From positions 171,678,001-171,742,000 of the forward strand of contig OZ038378.1 in assembly GCA_964036045.1 (NCBI GenBank): DNA of 64,000 nt. The letters are read 5' to 3'. The stretch comes from Eutreptiella sp. 'Long Island Sound 2002'. Its lineage: Eukaryota > Protista > Euglenida. Under the pieces are notes generated by a model that was not told where the DNA came from, searched no databases, and was given only the letters and a program-made list of their open reading frames with translations. Positions 1 to 10,388 of the stretch are shown piece after piece. A program made the position numbers and the translations under genes. Numbering within the stretch: position 1 is the stretch's first letter; the number at the start of each line of letters is the position of its first letter.

Positions 1-65
1 ACATGTATTGGACCCAATATATTTGGGTTCCATGTGTTAAAGAACACATGAAAATATATTAAGGG

Positions 66-500
66 CTACTCGGGAACCTCAATCTCACAAGTATGTTCAC
101 GCATGCAACCTGAACACAAGTAAAGGCCACATGTGGAGCATTCGGAGGTGTCCCTTTTGCGGCAAACTTGGCAGAGATAGGTATCATCACCATCCTCATC
201 AACCTCGGGAGCCTCTTCCTCTGCCCAAATGGAAGAAGGAATGTGTTCCCATGGGCCATAGGGCTGATACCGTTTTTGTCTCTGCAACATACATTGTGAA
301 AAATGGAGAAGGATGTGTGTGTTGGCATGCAAGTCTTGATGTGACCCCAGCCAAATGTTGCGAACCACTCTCCAAGACTGAAATGTACAATGCCAACGGC
401 ACACTATGACAAGGCTGTGTGGGTGCCCATGCCCATCATACACCCCAAAAACTATGTACCGGCAGTGGAAAATAGCCCACTTTTCATACAGCGCGCGCAC
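66..500 (-). pseudogene. C-terminal fragment of a probable Harbinger/ISL2EU-related transposon protein ending in an acidic patch and a Cys/His zinc-finger (B-box-like) tail
   Basis: ORF ends EEEAPEVDEDGDDTYL-CQVCRKRDTSECSTCGLYLCSGCMREHTC, the same acidic + CxxC..CxxC..C..HxC architecture as the tail of the Harbinger-like element at 60377-61068 (QDEAEDEAEV-CVLCCQKRSTVAVCDECKEHYFTECIDTHTC). No catalytic core recognisable upstream. Confidence 0.35.
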
Positions 501-1020
501 AGCGCACAGTGCGCCCCCTGAAGCACCATGCTCATATTTTGCACCATTGAAGCATCACGCTTATATTTGATGCTGATGAACCTGTCGCCAAGGGGCGAGG
601 GGCCAACAACAACACCATCTACCATGTCCCCAGTGGACCGCGTGCACTTCAGGGGGTACCCAGGTGAAAGAAGAGGCATTCAGGATTGCGGGACAGGGAA
701 TGGGAATCTTCCTGAGGAAAAAGGTACACAATTGGGCACTCAAAGTGGCACGGCACTGCACAAAACAAACTAAAACCCCATTTTGCACCGTAAAATTGAT
801 GGTGCAAAAAATGACGGTTTCACCAGGAAGTGGTGCTTGGACAATGGCGGTGCTTGGACAAGGAGGGGGGGGGGTACATTGTGCAAGCAGCAAAGACACA
901 GGAGAAACTCAATATCCAACCTTCTGAGTGAATTTGGAAAACAGAAAGTGACGGTTCCCTCACCCCCCCCCAGTTGCTGTTCAACGGCAGTTACTATTCA
1001 AGGGGGGCGGTTATGATGGT

Positions 1021-1345
1021 TCAGCGCAGTCCTTAAGAGAAAAAAAAACTGTTACGAAACGGCAGTGTTGCAAAAAAAAACTGCGTGTAACTCATGTGGT
1101 CAACCATGGTTGGTGGTGATTGGCGGTTGGCGGTTGGCGGCGATTGTCGGTTGGTGGTTGGTGATTGGTGGTTGGTGGCGGTTGGCGGTGGTTGGTGGTT
1201 TGTGATTGGTGGTTGGTGGCGGTTGGCACTGGTTGGCGGTTGGCAGTTGGTCGCCGCTGGCGGCTGGCAGCAGTTGGGGGTTGGGGGTTGGTGGTGGTTT
1301 GGTGGTTGGTGGTCTCTCGGGGCGGTCCTTAAGGGCGGTCCTTAG
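1021..1345 (+). repeat. Low-complexity (GGCGGTT/GGTGGTT)n repeat bounded by GTCCTTAAG-type motifs
   Basis: Tandem GG(C/T)GGTT units at about 1105-1312; gtccttaag at about 1030, and ggcggtccttaagggcggtccttag at about 1321-1345. Confidence 0.7.
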
Positions 1346-1356
1346 GCCAAGTATTT

Positions 1357-2143
1357 GCACTGCGTGCGCACTGCGTGTGCACTGCGTGGGCACTGCGTGC
1401 GCACTGCGTGCATACTACGCACGCAGAGGCCGGGATACTCACCCAAGAATACCTGTCACCTGAGTGGTTGCACAGCGAAGCAGCAAAGCCCACATGAGAA
1501 TGACGAAACTGCCTTCAACTTGGTACTCCACCGTCCCTATGAACAAACCACTCAGCCTCGTAAAGTCCGCTTGCTTCGAGTGTTTCGGTGCCCGTGGCTT
1601 CGCTCTTGGAAGCGGATGAGGTGTCCCTTGACTCGGAGCGCGGGGAATGCGTTGTCCGTGGCCTCTTGGGTGATGGGGACCGCGAATAGGGTGAAGGGGA
1701 GGGCGGTGGTTATTCTGAGCGTGGACACGACACACTTGTTGATGGCGAGCGAGATCAGTGATGTGGTGGGGATGAAGGCCGTACCACAAACTCCTCAAGG
1801 TCCGCGGGCTATGTATGGCTACATCACCCCTGCCTTCTCGGGGTCCCAATAGTGGGGAGAGTTCAATATGGGGGATGGAAAATGGGTAAAAATGGTTGAC
1901 ATTGGGCAACAAAGGGTGACAATTCAAATGTGCCACATCCCAAATGCATGGGAAGCTAAAAAAAACCCAGTATGGAACCAAAAACTTGTCAAAAGGGGCC
2001 AAAAGTAGGGTCTGAGTATTGGCCAACATTCAAAACTTCGCACTGCGTGCGCACTGCGTGCGCACTGCGTGTGCACTGCGTGCGCACTGCGTGCATGGCA
2101 TTCCCTTAGCAAAAAAAAAACTGGGTTCTTTAAGGACCGCCCT
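1357..2143. repeat. Two (GCACTGCGTGC)-type tandem clusters (about 1357-1412 and 2040-2096) with an inverted TTAAGGACCGCCC motif at the right end
   Basis: Direct reading: repeated gcactgcgtg(c/t/g) units in both clusters; ttaaggaccgccc at about 2130 is the reverse complement of gggcggtccttaa at about 1320. Confidence 0.6.
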
Positions 2144-2955
2144 GCGATGGTTGCAATTGTTGCCAGCACATAAGAGCGCTGCAATTCTTAGTCGAACCAA
2201 GTGTCCACCCGGAAAACCTGCCTCCGGCTATCTAAATCGTGACAGGCGAACCGAAAAAAGTCGAGCTACAGCACCGAAATTTGAAGTAACAAAAAATTTA
2301 ACCTCGATTTCCGGTCCGTGAGACACAAACTGAGGGGAAACGTAGCCGAAAAACAATAGTCAAAAGTGGGGTATTTACTATGGGAAGGGAAGAAATGTGG
2401 TGGGAGAACCTCGAGATCGGGGGTAGGGGACATAGCTGATTTGTAGGGGGTAGGGTAGAGGGGAAAATTGAGATGGACAATTGAAAACATTTTAAAAACC
2501 TCATAGAAACCTGACAGTTATTGACAACGCATAAACGTCACACGCAAAACAGGCACGCAGAGCATAGGGCCAAAACGAATAAGGACAATTTCTGATGATC
2601 TCTTTCAAATGATGCCATCTGTGTACTCGGTGATTGTGCCGAGCAGCTCAAGGAGTGCTCACTTCAAGTAACGATGAGCCTTTCAGCAGTGAAAGACATA
2701 TTACTCCGGGCAAGATGCTATCGAAATTTCGATAGCATAATATAGAAAGGAATCTGTCGTCGATGCCTATCGAAATCTCGATAGGATTAAAACATAAAAA
2801 TCTGACGGGCGGGGGCCAATCGAAATTTCGATTGACGAAAACACAGCATCGGTGGTCATCGAAACAAGGTTTCTATCGAAATTTCGATAGAGAAAGCAAC
2901 AACATATCACCAGGAGAAATAAAAAACGGAGACTAGAAATATGACATATGCTCGA

Positions 2956-5888
2956 TTACTTCTTGGTGGTAGCCCGACTCGGATGAGAATCCTTGTGGGG
3001 CGAGCCCTTCTTCTTGGGCTGATCCGTAGCAGCCTTCGACAACTTGGCCTGAAAATCAGCAAAAGCAGACTTCTTCTTCTCTTTTTCCTTCTGTGCTCCT
3101 TCTTTCTTACCTTTCGCCGATTCTTTTGCCGCCTGCTTTGCTGCTTCCTTCGCCGCCTTTTCGGATTCCTTCTGCAGAGGAAGGGTGAAAGAATGATTAA
3201 AGAAAATAAAACATCGAGGCAGATATGTAGATATAAACAGACATACTTTCTCTTGAGCAGCCGCTTTTTTCTCTTCTTTCGTCAAGGCCTTGCTGACTTT
3301 TTTCTCAGCGTCCTTCGCTGCCTTCGCTTCACCCTTGACTGTGTCCTTGTCTTCGTCATCGTCCGAAGAATCTGTGGCAGAACAAATAGTGAAGGAGAGG
3401 AACAAGACAAATTTGATGAGGTGTCTTTCAATGCATACCTTCGTCAGTGTCAGGAGCCTCAAGGGGATAACCCCGCTTCATTCTGTCGAGAACAAGATCC
3501 CATTGGATCGGTGGTAGGGCCTGTACCCTTTGAAGGCCAACTGAAACTGTAAGAAAAAGCGGAAAAAATGAGTTGAGGAGTTGATTGTACTAGCGCAGGA
3601 AGGGAGGCCTTGCAACATACCATCATCAGCAAACTTCGTCAATTGTTCTTTGCTCGGAGCCGTTGACAAACCAAGAAGAACGGCAACGTTAACGTGAGAA
3701 CGGAGACGAAGCCGGATGTTGCTCACCAGAACGGGAGATGTAGTCTGAACCGCAACCCAGATCTCGTTGACGCTTTCTTCGATAACATCCAATTTGAGTT
3801 GATGCATGATGCAGCCGAGAATCTTTGGAGGGAGTCGATTGTCATCTTCGGCCGGATTGTTGTACCGCTCGTCTTCGAAGGTAATGTACCTCGGGGGCTA
3901 AAAGAAAAACAATCGAAATTTCGATAGGAGGAAGTACGCAAAGCGACGCTATCGAAATTTCGATAGAACACACCTTCCATTCTTTGATATGGCGCAATGT
4001 CAAGACAACGAGCTGGAAAGTTGCCATGGTGTAATTGCTGGTCAAAATCCCTTTATTGTACAACGCGATGTCCCTGGTATAGAACTCATCATCCGTTGAC
4101 GCAGAGATGGCGTTCAGAACAACGCGGACGTCAGGACGATCTCCAACCAACAGCAGAACGGGCATCAACTCCTCATCAAGGACGTAAGACAACATCATTG
4201 GACACAGGGGGCGTCCCGCAGCGGTACCCTTCGGAATCTGATAGACGAGAATCCTCGGTTTCAGTCCAGAGATTGCAGCAGGGGTTGCACCGACAGCTGG
4301 CCCGATGCGGACTTCACAGACTGCCTCTCCGGGTTTGGTTTCACCAAGCGTTACTGTCAGACATTCTGCCGACGTACTTTTGATCACAGGCTTCACCTTC
4401 GGTTGACTGAGGGATTCGCGGAGGGTCTTGAAATCCTCATCAGACCAGATGGGGGCCTTGCCTGATGGTCGTCCAAGGCGGCAAAGGATGCTGTTCGGTC
4501 CACTTCCAGCGCGGGATATGCACCTTGAAATCCTGGGGTGACAGTGATGACGTTATTCTCTTCCACTCTGCAAAGTTTTTCCGAGACTCGTGCACGAAGG
4601 GGTTGTCCGGATGTTCCAAATGCCAAGAACAAGTTCGCTGCTCCCGAAGTCTCCGAACGAAGGTCTTAAGCAATGGTGGCGTCAGACCTCCTTCCAGCAG
4701 CCTTTCACAGACCTGTGAAGATATGTCCGAAGATGACTGTGTTGTTTTAAATAAGAATGTCGCAAAGAAAGTAACTACCTGCGCAATCTCCGGCGGATAC
4801 AATCCCTCAAGCGGCTTGTAGTTGTTGAACACCGGGTTCAACTCGTCCTTCCCCTGAAGCTCGACGAGTTTCGGAATGATCGCTTTGTCCTCAACTTGGG
4901 AAACGAAACTTGCAAGAACCGTCCATCGCTTTACAACTTCTTCGTCTGTGCCGTGCACGGCAGTGTATCCGGTCTTGTGCATCATTGTCAGCGTTGCGGC
5001 CTTTGGGGTAGGTACTCCTGCATAGATAATAAGGAAAGAATTGGTGACGTAATGTTACCCGAAGTGGACCCGCTATCGAAATTTCGATAAAGACCTTTGA
5101 GGTGACACTCGGTGAACAGGCGATGGAGTCGTTGCTCAAACGTATGCTCAGATCCGCCATGGGATGCCCGGTTGTGATGCCCAGCGAGGGTTTGTCGAAT
5201 CCAAAAGGGTGTGTCCGCACTCAAAATCAACCCGTCGTACATCCTTGTCCAATGAGGCGGTGTCTTGCCTTCTTCTTCGTACTTCTTTCGTACATCCTGG
5301 GTCGTTTCGAAAGCATGTTGTCCACCCAGACACTTGAATGTAGCGCCTGACGAGGAATCGTACAATCAAAATTTCGATAGAAGGTACGATGTAATCGTCC
5401 GTAACGCAGCACGGCAATCAATCGAAATTTCGATAGCAAGGTACACCTGTTGGAAAGAGTAAACATTCGATGTATTTGTCCTTCGGTGGTGGAGCAGCAA
5501 GGATGTCATCACCAACCAACGCTTTCTTCTTGGTAGTAACCGTTCTTGTTTGACCGAAGCTCATGTCGCGGTCCAGTTCGATCTTCGAGTAATGAACAAG
5601 TTCTCGGGACTCAACCCAATCGTCGAGATAGACCTGAGAAGTATCGTGCCATTCCTCAACCTCTGCGGATGTCGCTGGTCTGCTCTGCTCTGCAACGATC
5701 TTCTTCTTCTTCTTCGGTGGAGGGGACTGAGAGAAAAGCGCAGCCTCGGAAGTATCCGTTCGGGGGCTTGCAGTGTCCGTTGAATGCGAATACGTTTGAG
5801 ATGGAGGCTCATCAGAGTCCCCTGCCGGCTGCGACCGCTTCTTCTTCTTGATCCGCTTCTTCGGTGACAAATGGGACTCACCGGACAT
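2956..5888 (-). CDS. Element 1 gene B (about 820 aa, 7 exons, one frameshift): basic/acidic N-terminus, ParB-like domain, degenerate amino-methyltransferase-like region, Lys/Ala/Glu-rich tail
   Basis: Exons 5888-5447, 5346-5095, 5017-3974, 3897-3621, 3546-3439, 3371-3247, 3171-2956. All six introns are GT..AG with pyrimidine tracts and join the track ORFs in frame (FPT/G/ATFKCLGGQH; HLK/G/VPTPK; EWK/PPRYITF; DD/V/SVGLQ; DE/D/SSDDD; QEK/KESEK). Total 2464 nt implies a single +1 frameshift at about 4450-4530. ParB-like call rests on IECLLF..F.CLGGQH and LAGHHN motifs (inference). The 3' half aligns by eye with element 2 remnants. Confidence 0.75.
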
Positions 5889-6327
5889 TGGGTAAATGTA
5901 CTGAGGGTGATTAACGAGGTAAAACCTGTGCGCAAACGAGCTGAGGAACTTGCAAATGGACGATTGGGGCGACGAAAGTGCTACTTTGCTTGTGAGACCG
6001 AATATTTCTGTGAAGGTTTTTCAGTACCTCTAAATGTGAAGCGATAAGCTCAGATTCATCGGTTACGTCCAACTTAGAGTCCAAATCTCGTAAATGCAAT
6101 CGAAATTTCGATAGACCGCAGACGAGGTACCGAGAAACGTTGTCTGATCAGGTTTACATAGACTTCGAAGGAGATGAAATAGATCCGATATGCATAATAT
6201 AGATCGAAGGAGCATTGGACCAAGCAAAGAGTGGGTATTACATGATGAAAGGATTCGATCAAGTACTTACGCACTGAAATTGCAACAAACAAACGCGCAA
6301 TCGAAATTTCGATAAGCGACTCAAATC

Positions 6328-8421
6328 TCAATGTTCAGCGGCAAGAAGCCGCGGACCTTCGGCCTCATCAACTATATGTTCGTCGTCCTCATCAGGTTCG
6401 CTCTCGCTGGATGGCGGGTCAAAGAGGGCAGGAGGCGGGCCTCGTGGCTGTCTACGAAGGCGTCCCTGGTATCTGTCCGGAGGGGGATGTGCTTCAAGCG
6501 ACCGTGTTGTCTGTAGTTTTTTCCAAGCTTTCACATAGGAAACACGATCAGCAAGAGGTGTTCTAGGAATGTGGGTCATATATTGATGGATTCCCTCTGT
6601 GACATCTCTGTGTTTGCACATTAACTTGAGAGCCCGAATCATGCACATATCAAGTAAGGGTGAATCAACAGTTAAGTCAAGTGGAGGAAGGTAACTGGGA
6701 TCCCATACAGGATCAGGTGTAACTGTCCTGTGTTTGGTCTGGAACCGTGTGAACGGCGTGTTGATATCCGCAGCCCGTTGAACAAATGAACGTATCGTAA
6801 TAACAAAATGTGTAACCAGATGTGGCTGGACCGAAGATCTGAGAACCCGTTCTTTCTGCAAGGGGGGAAGGGTGCAGTACACATCACTTGCGCGAGAAAG
6901 ATCTGTGACGTGTGGCAGCAGGGTGAGAGCATGTCCCAAACGTGACAAAGAGGCTTCACAACTTTCCTCAACGAACAGACAACCAGGAACCATGTCATAC
7001 CATAACTGCCATGTACCGAGTGCAGTGCATAAGGTCCGAACATACTCTATCTTGGGAGCATGCTTTTGTGTAAGGGAGACCAGTAAAAGCAGACAATGTT
7101 CAAGAACAGTGCGTGCGGTCTTCCCAGAATCCAGAGCAGCCCCGGCCCAGGTACATTCTCGAACCCCATACCCAATGGCCCAGAGTGCAGGTGTAAAAAC
7201 ATACAACAGACTGTACAGGGACTGAATCTTTTGATATGCCACAGTGTTTTCAAGATTCATTGGTCGTCTGAGGGTCGACAATCTATCTCTAGCTTCGGTG
7301 ATAAGACCTTTCAACACGTTGCCCGCTAACAAAAGACCGGCAAAAACCTTTTCCATGTATATGAGCTTCCGATGACAAGGAATGCTAGTCCGCACCGTGA
7401 TAAACGGTTTGAGCAGCCAAGAAATAACGGGAAAGAAACGCCTGAAAGTAATGTGTACACAGTATTTGTACGGATGCCAAATGCCATAAAGCAGTGGAAT
7501 GCGTTCCAAATGTGACCGGTAGTCAAGACTTCTGAGCTTCGCACCGTAAATGAAACGCAACACCGATGCATGTATTTTCATGTCGACCAGCAAAGGCAAA
7601 TCCCGGCCTGTATGAATCTGTATGCGACGCATCATCTCAATTAACTGCAGCAGCTCAGTGTTTGTGCTTGTTCGACACTCGTCCAGCAGCAGAGGTTTCC
7701 AAATTTGTGGATGCACGATACCTCTGGCGATGTCGAGTGGCGCACGGATGAAATGTGCCTGTAACGTCCCATCCGTAACAGCTGCAATAGTGTTCAGTAG
7801 ACCCCTGATGGAGGTCCGAATGCATCTCATGACACCTGGCAGTCTGAAAACTATGCGGCGCAATGTGAGATGTCCAGGAAATCGGGGCAGCAAGATTGTA
7901 AAGAGCACGGCTACGGCAGAACAGTCAAGATGTCCGGGCGGTCCATCGGGGTTCTGGAGGAATCGTTTTCTGAAAAAATTGTCCATCCAAATGCCAACAG
8001 AAGCAATGCTCATTGCATTCCAGAGGTCCATCGCTGCTGCAACACCAGATTCCTGCAGAGTCGGTATTCGAGGTGGAACTATGCCAAACCTTGCGAGTAA
8101 CTTCTGTTCGCGCTGCGAAACAGTAATATCCAGAGCCGGGCGAAAAGCGAGGGGTGCCGCACGCAGGTGCGGCACATGCCAGATGTTGAAGAGCTCCTGC
8201 TGGAGTACGCTGAGCCATCTGGGCAAAGGTGTACAGTTTCTGTTTGCAACCACCTGCTCAAATGTCTGGCGGCGGCGTTTGGTTATCCTTATTCCAAGGA
8301 CAAATTCAACAAATCGCCTTGACGTACCGCCTTCACAAGCATCTTCAATAATTTGGCGTCCATTCTCCCAAGAGTGCGAAGCGAGGAATCCTCGCACGTA
8401 GGCAATGAAATGGCCATCCAT
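6328..8421 (-). CDS. Element 1 gene A: 697-aa putative DDE-type transposase, intact single ORF
   Basis: Long uninterrupted ORF between TIRs. Candidate catalytic pattern W(M/L)DN ... PLL(V/I)DMK ... YG(I/V)WHPYKYC ... EESCEASLS; the first three motifs are conserved in the element 2 homolog. Transposase identity is inferred from context and D-D-H-E spacing. Confidence 0.7.
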   Translation of the reverse strand: MDGHFIAYVRGFLASHSWENGRQIIEDACEGGTSRRFVEFVLGIRITKRRRQTFEQVVANRNCTPLPRWLSVLQQELFNIWHVPHLRAAPLAFRPALDITVSQREQKLLARFGIVPPRIPTLQESGVAAAMDLWNAMSIASVGIWMDNFFRKRFLQNPDGPPGHLDCSAVAVLFTILLPRFPGHLTLRRIVFRLPGVMRCIRTSIRGLLNTIAAVTDGTLQAHFIRAPLDIARGIVHPQIWKPLLLDECRTSTNTELLQLIEMMRRIQIHTGRDLPLLVDMKIHASVLRFIYGAKLRSLDYRSHLERIPLLYGIWHPYKYCVHITFRRFFPVISWLLKPFITVRTSIPCHRKLIYMEKVFAGLLLAGNVLKGLITEARDRLSTLRRPMNLENTVAYQKIQSLYSLLYVFTPALWAIGYGVRECTWAGAALDSGKTARTVLEHCLLLLVSLTQKHAPKIEYVRTLCTALGTWQLWYDMVPGCLFVEESCEASLSRLGHALTLLPHVTDLSRASDVYCTLPPLQKERVLRSSVQPHLVTHFVITIRSFVQRAADINTPFTRFQTKHRTVTPDPVWDPSYLPPLDLTVDSPLLDMCMIRALKLMCKHRDVTEGIHQYMTHIPRTPLADRVSYVKAWKKLQTTRSLEAHPPPDRYQGRLRRQPRGPPPALFDPPSSESEPDEDDEHIVDEAEGPRLLAAEH

Positions 8422-9565
8422 CTTTGGCGTACATGAAACTCGTACATGAAGTAGAAGACAACAAATAGTCTAGTATTTAAAATCTTTGAAATCTGTCAGA
8501 CTGTCACTATCGAAAATTCGATTGCAGTTTAAACAGCCTATGCTTTACAGGGTAGTTATTCCTTTAGCGGCTATCTAAATTTCGATTGGACATTCCTATC
8601 GAAATTTCGATAGGAATTGAATTCCTTTTCTGTCGAATGCTCCTATCAAAATTTTGATTCGAGATGCTCCTATCGAAATTTCGATTGGTTTTAGAAATAA
8701 ATCGATCGTGTAGACATCTCCATCGGATAAAACATTCATATGTGTTTGATTTATTTTACCTCTTATTTCTTTTACCTTTATTTTTCTACAAAGTTGTAAT
8801 TTAAAATTCATATACTACTGTAGTACAACTATGTTCCGGTAAACCTTCGTGAAGGATTTTCATGGTTTGCTCTCTGAATGTCGTTAAAGACTTCCAATCG
8901 AAATTTCGATTGATCCATGCAAGGCAAATTGTCACGTAGCTTCGACAATCGAAATTTCGATAGCATCATTGCTTTTTCATTCTAATTTTCACATACACAG
9001 ACTATCAGGAGTCGGGTGGACAAACAGTTTGATGTAGCTAATCGTGCAACCGAAGTTTCGATACATGAGACTTCCTGCCTACATTGTGAACTTCCCTGCG
9101 TCTCTTTGCTGATCGAACAACAAACAACATGCAGCAATTCAAATGAAACACACTGAAGTGCATATATGCATGCGCGTGGTAACACGGTGGTACACAACTG
9201 CTCATGTACTTGCACAACCACTGTCTTTTTAGGACATTTCTTCTTTCCCGGGATTGGCTTCATGTTCTTTAACCGTGTTTTTCGCACCGTGTGACACGTC
9301 CCTTTTTTGGTCCACTGTCCGGTGACAGGGGCCCATTTTGGGTGGACACTTGGTTCGTCTAAGCAATTGAAACGGGGCATAATCCCTGTTCCTGTCAAGT
9401 GTTTCTCAATACAGTCCACAAAGCACAGAAGGATTTTATCCATACACACCAACATGACCATGCAAGCACCTGGAGACCAAAAATACCCCGTGCCCTACAG
9501 CCACCACAGTCCCCTCCAAGTCAAAACAGCTCCTGGAGAAAATGACAAAAAACAAGCATACCACG

Positions 9566-9566
<1 letters not shown>

Positions 9567-9596
<30 letters not shown>
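9567..9596. repeat. (CA)n microsatellite
   Basis: Direct reading. Confidence 0.95.
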
Positions 9597-9597
<1 letters not shown>

Positions 9598-10388
9598 CAC
9601 AGCACAGCACAACTTTCCATGCAGTCAAAAACACACAAGCACCAATACACGCTGGCATAGAGACCAGGACTCCACTGCTCATGTAGAAAGGTGATATATT
9701 TGTTGTGGTGTTGCTTATCAAAGAGCGGAAAGAAGAGCCCACCGTGCGCAGCGACCAATAATATTTCATCCTTTGACAACAAGGTGATTAGACATCATTT
9801 GAAGCCAAAAGCGCGCCGTTTGACCATTTTGACAAACAGCGTCAGAAAAAAAGCTGTCTGACCATGGGGTGGTCGCTGAGGATGCGCGAAGGGGAGGGTG
9901 GGGGGTACATGGGAGATGCAATATTAAACAGAACCAGCAGCGTGGATGGAAATGAGGGTCAAATCTGCCCCCATGACTGATGCACACACATCAATGCATG
10001 CACAACTTTTTGGGGGCAGTTTAAGCTGGCGAAGCCCTCTACCAGATAGCACTCAAGAAAACTGTCGAATCAAAGGATAAGAGTCCGATGCAACGTTTGT
10101 CCCACAAAGCAGTGGGTTTGCAGACACCACACATGGTGAGGATCAGTTCCGTCTTACACCAGGAAATGCGCCGGGAAAAAAATACACACAGTACGACACC
10201 AACGTACACGTCGTGCGCTTTTACTCACATGATCCAATGAACTGCTTTGGGGTGGCTTCTTGCTGCAGCATCCAGCACTAAAGGCAGACAGACTTTGCAC
10301 AGGACACTATTTTCTCAGCCTTGCTAATGATCGATGCTGGGCAAGTTTGTTTGGAACTGCATACGTGCATGTGCCCAGCAGGGATTCA

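Larger units (their letters stand above)
2715..9063. repeat. About 19 dispersed copies of the palindrome ATCGAAATTTCGAT inside element 1
   Basis: Cores near 2720, 2769, 2819, 2875, 3912, 3951, 5075, 5365, 5421, 6099, 6300, 8509, 8573, 8598, 8645, 8672, 8897, 8948, 9050. Some extend further, e.g. a perfect 24-bp palindrome at 2715-2738. Confidence 0.95.
2187..9363 (-). mobile_element. Element 1: full-length two-gene cut-and-paste DNA transposon, about 7.18 kb, 24-bp TIRs, 5-bp TSD CAATT
   Basis: Left end CTTAGTCGAACCAAGTGTCCACCC (2187-2210). Right end GGGTGGACACTTGGTTCGTCTAAG (9340-9363), whose reverse complement is CTTAGACGAACCAAGTGTCCACCC (1 mismatch). CAATT flanks both ends (2182-2186, 9364-9368). 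Contains two minus-strand genes. Confidence 0.92.

Noticed and set aside
2715-9063. CRISPR-like array of palindromic repeats
   Set aside because: Spacing is irregular (tens of bp to kb), the repeats are only 14-24 bp, there are no cas-like genes, and the context is a eukaryotic intron-containing transposon.
8982-9461. 159-aa ORF as a third element 1 gene
   Set aside because: It crosses the right TIR/TSD boundary at 9363, so it is not a coherent element gene; no motifs recognised.
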